Part shown: positions 58,193 through 64,000 of the stretch, one piece after another
How positions within the stretch are numbered: the stretch's first letter is position 1
Layout: each line of letters starts with the position of its first letter
Virus record (IMG/VR): IMGVR_UViG_3300008107_005910
Coordinates: 1-64,000 of that record
Strand: one strand, 5' to 3'
Origin: a virus
DNA: 64,000 nucleotides
Position numbers and translations under genes: made by a program
Notes under the pieces: model-generated
Told to the model about the DNA's origin: nothing
The model's database searches: none
Seen by the model: the letters and a program-made list of their open reading frames with translations, nothing else

Positions 58193-59307
58193 TTTTGCAC
58201 ATCCTTTGAATCAGAAGCACCTTCACTGAGCCAATGAACAATGAGGTCTTGAAATACTGGCTCATCTCGACATTCATCTACTACACGCATTGCTTGTTCG
58301 TAAGTGATGTGGAAAATTTCACAAATACTATCTAAAGGTTTGTTGTCGTTCATTATTTGACTGTAAGTACAACCTGCATTACATACTTGTTTTAGATCAC
58401 AAGGTTGGCACTTGTCAAAAGTTTTTGGATTAAACTTGTCTTGATAATATTTGAAATTATAATTGTCGTCCATGAGCATGATTTTCTTACTAGCAAATCT
58501 AGCACATGGATAAAACTCGCCGCTACTCATCAAAACACCACCGTGTGTTCCTGCAAAACAACCAAATGGTCTTTTACCTTTTACTAGTCCGTATATAGAA
58601 TCTAATATTGCCAGTCTAAGGAAACCAACACTACATGATACACCTTGTTTTAACTTTTCAATATAACAGTCAGTTAGTCTAACTAATTCAGTTTTGAAAA
58701 ATCTAATATCATCAGCAGTCCAAACATCGTCTCTAACAATACTAAAGTCTGGATGTGGGATACCCCAATCTAAAAGAAACTCAAAATTTTCTTTCATGTC
58801 TTTGGTATTGCCTGGCCAAATCATAACCTTACATCCATTTGCTAGATCTTTTATTAGATGTTTTTTGTGCTCGTATAAGTCTAAGATTCCATTAAACAAC
58901 TCTCCAGTTTCTGGATTAGTGTTTTCAAGTAAGGGAAGTAATGGTCTGCTTTCGTTTGAACTCATTCCATCAAAGCTCCAACTTATTCCTATTCCAGATT
59001 CTTTGATAAATTTAAACTTATCATCATCTATCATAGTTAAATTAGAGATAATGTTTATTCCTTTACATCTAGGATCTTTGGTTAATATTGGAGTTGCATG
59101 TTTGATCAATTCCCAATTTAATAAAGGCTCTCCTCCAAAAAAACTAACAAAGAAATCCTTTTGTCCAGAACGATCCATTAATTCAAATAGTTTTGGTAAA
59201 GATTCATCAAATGTTTCTTTGGTCATCCAAGTAGGACGATTTGCCACATAACAATAAGGACATCCCAAATTACATTTTTCAGTAACGCTAATTTCTAATA
59301 CAAACAT
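58180..59307 (-). CDS. radical SAM/SPASM maturase
   Basis: CNLGCPYC, FFGGEPLL, CFAG..G..YPC, C.PC...VCNAGC, C. Confidence 0.92.
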   Translation of the reverse strand: MFVLEISVTEKCNLGCPYCYVANRPTWMTKETFDESLPKLFELMDRSGQKDFFVSFFGGEPLLNWELIKHATPILTKDPRCKGINIISNLTMIDDDKFKFIKESGIGISWSFDGMSSNESRPLLPLLENTNPETGELFNGILDLYEHKKHLIKDLANGCKVMIWPGNTKDMKENFEFLLDWGIPHPDFSIVRDDVWTADDIRFFKTELVRLTDCYIEKLKQGVSCSVGFLRLAILDSIYGLVKGKRPFGCFAGTHGGVLMSSGEFYPCARFASKKIMLMDDNYNFKYYQDKFNPKTFDKCQPCDLKQVCNAGCTYSQIMNDNKPLDSICEIFHITYEQAMRVVDECRDEPVFQDLIVHWLSEGASDSKDVQKCKN

Positions 59308-59316
59308 ATCGTCTCC

Positions 59317-60423
59317 TTATGCTGTACATTGTTCAGCGTGAATCTTAATAACAGGCTTTTTGTATGTGTTCATTGCAGTTCTTAGAGCATGATGAACTAC
59401 TTCGTTTGTCTTAAAAACTTTACATACTTGCCAATTAGAAGTATGATCACTCCACTTTTCTAAATAAGTTTCTTTCTCTGATTTTTCAAACGTGGCTGCA
59501 TTACACTTCATGCAAAATTGGCTATCGCAACTCATACAATCCAAAGGTTGATTTTTTAGTGCATCTTTATACATTGCACTTCGTTCTTGTATAAGTTCAT
59601 CTATGTTAGGTGTTGTATTAATATTACCCATAACATGTGCATGTGATTCTTTATACATACAACCATGGCAAGGACTAATATCTCCGTTTAGGTCAACACT
59701 AACATATTTGATTCCAGCTGAACATAGCGGTCTACTCTGTTGGAACCAAGCAAAAACTTCTGGTTTTAGTTTATTGGTGTAAATGTATTTTGCAATTTTT
59801 GCCAATCCCTGTTTGAGCACTTCAAGTTTTGGATAAAATTCTTCTTCAGTTAATTGGCTGTAAAGGTCTGGAGTGGGGAAATATGAACCTGTAAGTTCAT
59901 ATACATCTAGGAATGCTTCATATATCAAGTGAAAGTTTTCAGCAGTTAAAACAGATTTCATTCTAACATTCAATCCATTTTCTCTAGCAGCCAAGAAATT
60001 AGCCTTTACTAGTTCAGAGCTTACGTTTCCTGATTTGTCTACTCTAGTTCTATCATTGACGGCCTTACCATCATAAGATATTTGGAACTGTAGTCTTTCA
60101 CCTAATTCTTTTGTTAGAGCAACTAGTTCTTTCATATACTTTCTTAAATATACACCATTGGTATAAAAGAAGAAACTATAATTAGAATCATGTTTATATT
60201 TTTCTATGACGCCTTTACAAAATTCCCAATTAATAAAAGGTTCACCGCCCCAAAAATAAATTTCTCTTTTTGGGTCTGAGAGTTTACTCATAAACTCTTC
60301 AATGTTGTCTAGGGTTACGGAAGTGTTTTCTTCATATGCTGTTGATAGGCCGCATTCATAGCCTTCAGAACAGTAAGTACAAGCCAGATTGCACGTACTG
60401 GTTACGTTGATGTCAATTATCAT
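59317..60423 (-). CDS. radical SAM/SPASM maturase
   Basis: CNLACTYC, WGGEP, CSAG..GDISPCHGC, CMSC...CMKC, C. Confidence 0.92.
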   Translation of the reverse strand: MIIDINVTSTCNLACTYCSEGYECGLSTAYEENTSVTLDNIEEFMSKLSDPKREIYFWGGEPFINWEFCKGVIEKYKHDSNYSFFFYTNGVYLRKYMKELVALTKELGERLQFQISYDGKAVNDRTRVDKSGNVSSELVKANFLAARENGLNVRMKSVLTAENFHLIYEAFLDVYELTGSYFPTPDLYSQLTEEEFYPKLEVLKQGLAKIAKYIYTNKLKPEVFAWFQQSRPLCSAGIKYVSVDLNGDISPCHGCMYKESHAHVMGNINTTPNIDELIQERSAMYKDALKNQPLDCMSCDSQFCMKCNAATFEKSEKETYLEKWSDHTSNWQVCKVFKTNEVVHHALRTAMNTYKKPVIKIHAEQCTA

Positions 60424-60470
60424 ATTTTTCCTTAGTATTTTTTAAACGCCCACCGCTGGGCTAATGTTAT

Positions 60471-61211
60471 TTAGCTTCTATATTTTTGGTTTATTTCGAG
60501 TACGGATTTAAGCAATTCTACGTCAAATTCTTTAACTAATGCTTCTGTATCTTTAGGTAAGCAAGGTCCACCAAAACCACGCTCACCATCGGGGCCTGGG
60601 ACTTGAAAGTGGTGTGTACCCATCCAAGGGTGATTTGCAAGTATGGATGTTACATGTGGCCACTTGACTCCTAACTGTTGGGCAACATCATACATCTGAT
60701 TCATAAAGGTCACTTTGGTAGCATAAAAACTGTTCATGCAATACTTGGCCATTGCCGCAGTTTTGACATCAGTGAAGATTACTTTGTCCATATTGACAAT
60801 GGACTGTGTTCTATAAATGTCGGCTAACTTGAAACCCTGTCTGTCATCATTGCAGCCAATTAAAACAAATGGAGGATCAGTGAAATCAGTATTGGCAGTT
60901 GCCCTAGATAAAAACTCAGGATTGTAAACTATATTATACGGTACCAAGTAATCTGGAAGTATGGTACTCTTGACAACCACTATCCCAATGTATCCTGTAG
61001 ATTCTATTCTATCTAAAACACTGGTCAAGATGCTATAATTGGTATCATTGGTTGGGGTGGGCACACAAACAAAAATGGCGTCAGGTGCCTGTTTGCAAAT
61101 ATCTTCTACAGATATATCATTGTACTCTGGGTCTGAGCAGATGACTTGTGTTTTGGAGAATCCAAACTCCACAGCCTTCCCCACCATACCATAACCAATA
61201 ATACCAATCAT
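60471..61211 (-). CDS. ugd: UDP-glucose/GDP-mannose 6-dehydrogenase (no C-terminal domain)
   Basis: IIGYGMVG, CVPTP, KST, NPEFL, GFGGPCLPKD. Confidence 0.88.
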   Translation of the reverse strand: MIGIIGYGMVGKAVEFGFSKTQVICSDPEYNDISVEDICKQAPDAIFVCVPTPTNDTNYSILTSVLDRIESTGYIGIVVVKSTILPDYLVPYNIVYNPEFLSRATANTDFTDPPFVLIGCNDDRQGFKLADIYRTQSIVNMDKVIFTDVKTAAMAKYCMNSFYATKVTFMNQMYDVAQQLGVKWPHVTSILANHPWMGTHHFQVPGPDGERGFGGPCLPKDTEALVKEFDVELLKSVLEINQKYRS

Positions 61212-61228
61212 ATTTTCCCTTTATTATA

Positions 61229-61257
61229 ATAATAAACTCTTATTCAAACTCTGTCAA
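61229..61257 (-). promoter_or_regulatory. sigma70-like promoter upstream of the - strand island
   Basis: TTGACA, 17 nt spacer, TATTAT on the - strand. Confidence 0.55.
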
Positions 61258-61289
61258 TAGACTTTATTTAAACAAGTAAATAACTGACT

Positions 61290-62480
61290 ATGATTAATAA
61301 AGAACCATTTGAAAAACTAATAGCGGATTTAAAAGACAGTGGCAAATATCGAGTTTTTAACGACATTGTACGTGAAAACGGCAAGTTTCCAAATGCCATT
61401 TGGTACGGTCCTTATAACATTAAAAACATCGTAAATTGGTGCTCAAACGATTACCTAGGCATGGGTCAGCACAAAGTTGTTATTGACGCAATGCACACTG
61501 CGTTGGATCAAACAGGGTCTGGTTCTGGAGGTACTCGAAACATTGGTGGGACTAGTCACTATCACGTAGCATTAGAACACGAGATTGCCACGTTACATAA
61601 AAAACAAAAAGCAGTTCTTTTTTCAAGCGCCTATGTAGCCAACGAATGGACTCTAATCGCACTTGCTAAAATTATTCCAAATATTGAATACATCAGCGAC
61701 GAAAACAATCACAACAGTATGATTGTAGGTATTAGTCATAGTAAAGCCAAAAAAGTTATTTTCAAACACAACGATATGGATGACTTAGAGCAGAAGCTAA
61801 AAATTAGTTTTGCTCAGGGTAACGTGCCTTGTGTTGTTTTTGAAAGCGTCTATAGTATGGACGGTGATGTTGGTCACATAAAAGATATTTGTAAATTAGC
61901 TAAAAAATACAAAGCTATTACCTATATTGATGAAGTACACGCAGTAGGGCTATATGGACAACGTGGCGCAGGCAAAGTAGAAGAGCTTGGACTAGAGTCA
62001 GAGATAGACATTATAAATGGAACATTAGGTAAAGCATTTGGGGTGCAGGGAGGTTACATTGCCTGCGATAGTATTGTTGCTGACGCAATACGTAGTATAG
62101 CCGCAGGCTTTATTTTTACAACAAGTATGAGTCCAGTTACATGTGCGGGTGCTTTGGCTGCAATCAAATATTTAAAAGAGCACAATGAAATTAGAGACCG
62201 TCATCAAGAAAGAGCACAAAAATTGAAATTAGAATTAGTAAAAGCAGGACTTCCTCTTATGAGTTGTTCTACTACACACATTGTTCCTGTTCTAGTTGGG
62301 GAAGCTAAAAAGTGTAAAGCAATGAGTGATGCATTATTAAATGATCACAACATATATGTTCAGCCAATTAATTATCCTACTGTCAACGTTGGCACTGAGA
62401 GGTTGCGATTTGCTCCTACTCCGTTTCATGACGACGGGATGATTGAGGACTTGGTCAAAGCCCTCAAAACATTATTTTAA
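61290..62480 (+). CDS. hemA: 5-aminolevulinate synthase
   Basis: [60 protein letters not shown]. Confidence 0.93.
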   Translation: MINKEPFEKLIADLKDSGKYRVFNDIVRENGKFPNAIWYGPYNIKNIVNWCSNDYLGMGQHKVVIDAMHTALDQTGSGSGGTRNIGGTSHYHVALEHEIATLHKKQKAVLFSSAYVANEWTLIALAKIIPNIEYISDENNHNSMIVGISHSKAKKVIFKHNDMDDLEQKLKISFAQGNVPCVVFESVYSMDGDVGHIKDICKLAKKYKAITYIDEVHAVGLYGQRGAGKVEELGLESEIDIINGTLGKAFGVQGGYIACDSIVADAIRSIAAGFIFTTSMSPVTCAGALAAIKYLKEHNEIRDRHQERAQKLKLELVKAGLPLMSCSTTHIVPVLVGEAKKCKAMSDALLNDHNIYVQPINYPTVNVGTERLRFAPTPFHDDGMIEDLVKALKTLF

Positions 62481-62896
62481 ATATAGTTGTTGAACCAACC
62501 TATCTTCTTACCTTCAGCGATTCTGCGATCATGTTCCTCAACTGAACTAGGGTAACGCCAAGCCCAAATAGCTACAAGGGCCATAAAGATCGCAGTACTA
62601 ATAACGCCAATTAGTTTTACTCCGCTTGTGTACATTAAGACCAAACTTAGACTCATCATGGCAAGCATGAAGTATTTCATTTTTTGTGGGAACACTCGCT
62701 TCTCTCCCCAGTTAGTTAGGAACGGTCCAAACAGTTTGTGATTATACAGCCAGGCGTGCATCTTAGGACTGCCTTTGGCAAAGCAGTAAGCAGAAAATAC
62801 TACAAACGGACTGTAAGGTATACCAGGAGTAATGACTCCAATATAAGCCATACCTAGACTCAAAAATCCCAATAGTTTCCAAAATAATTTTTTCAT
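62477..62896 (-). CDS. YbaN/DUF454 inner-membrane protein
   Basis: G.IGV..PGIP..PF....YCF..SP....WL.NH.LFGP. Confidence 0.85.
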   Translation of the reverse strand: MKKLFWKLLGFLSLGMAYIGVITPGIPYSPFVVFSAYCFAKGSPKMHAWLYNHKLFGPFLTNWGEKRVFPQKMKYFMLAMMSLSLVLMYTSGVKLIGVISTAIFMALVAIWAWRYPSSVEEHDRRIAEGKKIGWFNNYI

Positions 62897-62991
62897 AATC
62901 TTAGTTATTATTTAGGTAATCTTTTACCTTGCTCTTTTGATAAATTTCTGTTAAAATTATCAAGGTAAATACGTTTTTAAATGAGGTTTTA

Positions 62992-63504
62992 ATGTCCGAT
63001 TGTTTAATCCTAAATGCAGACTGCCAACCAGTTAGTCTACTCCCTGTGAGTACTATAACTTGGCAAGATGCTATTACCTATCTAGTTTTAGATAAGGCTG
63101 TTCCTTTGGAATGGCACGAAGACTGGGTAGTTCGTAGCTCAACCTGGGAAACTAAGGTTCCTGCCGTTATGGTATTAAGAGATTACCAAAAGAGTAAAAG
63201 TTATGTTCGTTACAGTAAGTTTAACGTATTCCTACGTGACGATTATACTTGTCAATACTGCGGAACTGAAGTTAATAAGAAAACAGCGACATTGGATCAC
63301 GTTTTACCAATCTCTCACGGTGGTAAGAGCGTTTGGGAAAATGCCACCTGTGCCTGTTCAAGGTGCAATGCTAACAAAGGTAATGACAAACGAATTAAGC
63401 CAAAGCGTAAGCCTTACAAGCCTTCCTATTGGGAACTTGTAGAAAAGCGTAAGAAGTTGCCTTTCCATATATCACATCCAAGTTGGGAGATGTATTTGGT
63501 ATGA
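62992..63504 (+). CDS. HNH endonuclease
   Basis: RDDYTCQYCG, TLDHVLP.S.GG..W.N...C..CN..K. Confidence 0.9.
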   Translation: MSDCLILNADCQPVSLLPVSTITWQDAITYLVLDKAVPLEWHEDWVVRSSTWETKVPAVMVLRDYQKSKSYVRYSKFNVFLRDDYTCQYCGTEVNKKTATLDHVLPISHGGKSVWENATCACSRCNANKGNDKRIKPKRKPYKPSYWELVEKRKKLPFHISHPSWEMYLV

Positions 63505-63788
63505 AGATGAAGTTATTGAATAATAATCCAATATTTGAACGACATAAAAAACAAATATTAGATATCATTGACAGTAAGTCTGGAATGGTGGCAGCTAATG
63601 GCAAAGGCCTTTATCGGGAAATGCTATTAGCCGCTGAAGATTTGGATGGACTATTGGACCCTGCAAAAGGCGCAAGGCCTGATCCACACCTAGTTACTAT
63701 CAAACGTGATGAGTTTCATAAAAGGTGTAGAGATATGGGTGTTTGGTTGGAAGAACACGCACCCAATTTAAAACTAACTTGGGATTAA
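63501..63788 (+). CDS. hypothetical protein
   Basis: ATGA coupling to the HNH stop. Confidence 0.5.
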   Translation: MKMKLLNNNPIFERHKKQILDIIDSKSGMVAANGKGLYREMLLAAEDLDGLLDPAKGARPDPHLVTIKRDEFHKRCRDMGVWLEEHAPNLKLTWD

Positions 63789-64000
63789 AGTCTTCGGCTT
63801 ACCCGGCCCTTTGTTAAATCATAAGGGCTCATTTCAACTTGGACTCGGTCGCCTAGCAACACTTGAATTTTGTGTTGGCGCATTTTACCAGAGGTATATG
63901 CGTTGATGACCATTTTGTTTTCTAGTGCAACTTTAAAGGTTGCATTTGGAAGTAGTTCAACTACTTCGCCTTCAAGGACAATGACGTCTTCTTTTGCCAC
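63785..64000 (-). CDS. infA: translation initiation factor IF-1
   Basis: GTG start; AKEDVI.LEG.V.E.LPNA.F.V.LEN, SGKMR..I..L.GD.V.VE.SPYDL.KGR. Confidence 0.95.
   Translation of the reverse strand: MAKEDVIVLEGEVVELLPNATFKVALENKMVINAYTSGKMRQHKIQVLLGDRVQVEMSPYDLTKGRVSRRL

Noticed and set aside
58694-59251. 185-aa + strand ORF, and similar antisense ORFs throughout the window
   Set aside because: Shadow frames of well-supported genes on the opposite strand
57036-60423. Calling the SPASM proteins PqqE partners of pqqA
   Set aside because: About 48 kb away, no pqqB/C/D nearby, and the motifs look anaerobic-sulfatase-maturase-like; a closer candidate substrate exists
1-64000. CRISPR array, rRNA, IS element, or introns/inteins in nrdA/nrdB
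   Set aside because: No regularly spaced repeats, rRNA signatures or transposase seen; nrdA and nrdB are uninterrupted and of normal length
1-64000. Stop-codon reassignment
   Set aside because: Known genes are full length in the standard code, and TAG/TGA readthrough at 56428 would not reach the S74 frame

Overview
AT-rich, densely coding 64 kb segment of a large (jumbo-type) dsDNA tailed phage. Evidence: PAAR spike, tail/baseplate-like proteins, NrdA/NrdB/glutaredoxin, DHFR, dCMP deaminase, an exonuclease, consensus sigma70 promoters, and TAAATA late-type motifs. Host-like genes (AhpC/AhpD, ErpA, IF-1, desaturase, a tmRNA tag ending RYALAA) suggest a betaproteobacterial, probably aquatic, host (inference). 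1-10.8 kb is a mostly + strand host-takeover region: ClpP-like protease, RNAP omega, a non-canonical tRNA-like RNA, a ~260-nt structured RNA, a permuted two-piece tmRNA whose intervening segment encodes a hydrophobic peptide, ahpCD behind an OxyR-type box, and a stand-alone PqqA peptide missed by the ORF track. 10.8-36.7 kb is mostly - strand late/structural and nucleotide-metabolism genes, including an array of small F-x-L-x-W paralogs. 36.8-61.2 kb is a large tailoring-enzyme island: 8 radical SAM proteins, a flavin halogenase, a 2OG oxygenase, a split transketolase, sulfotransferase plus APS kinase, glycosyltransferases, epimerases, deacetylases and UDP-glucose dehydrogenase. It contains a candidate substrate gene whose S74 autocleaving chaperone domain lies out of frame and is absent from the ORF track. 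The window ends with ALA synthase, YbaN, an HNH nuclease and IF-1.
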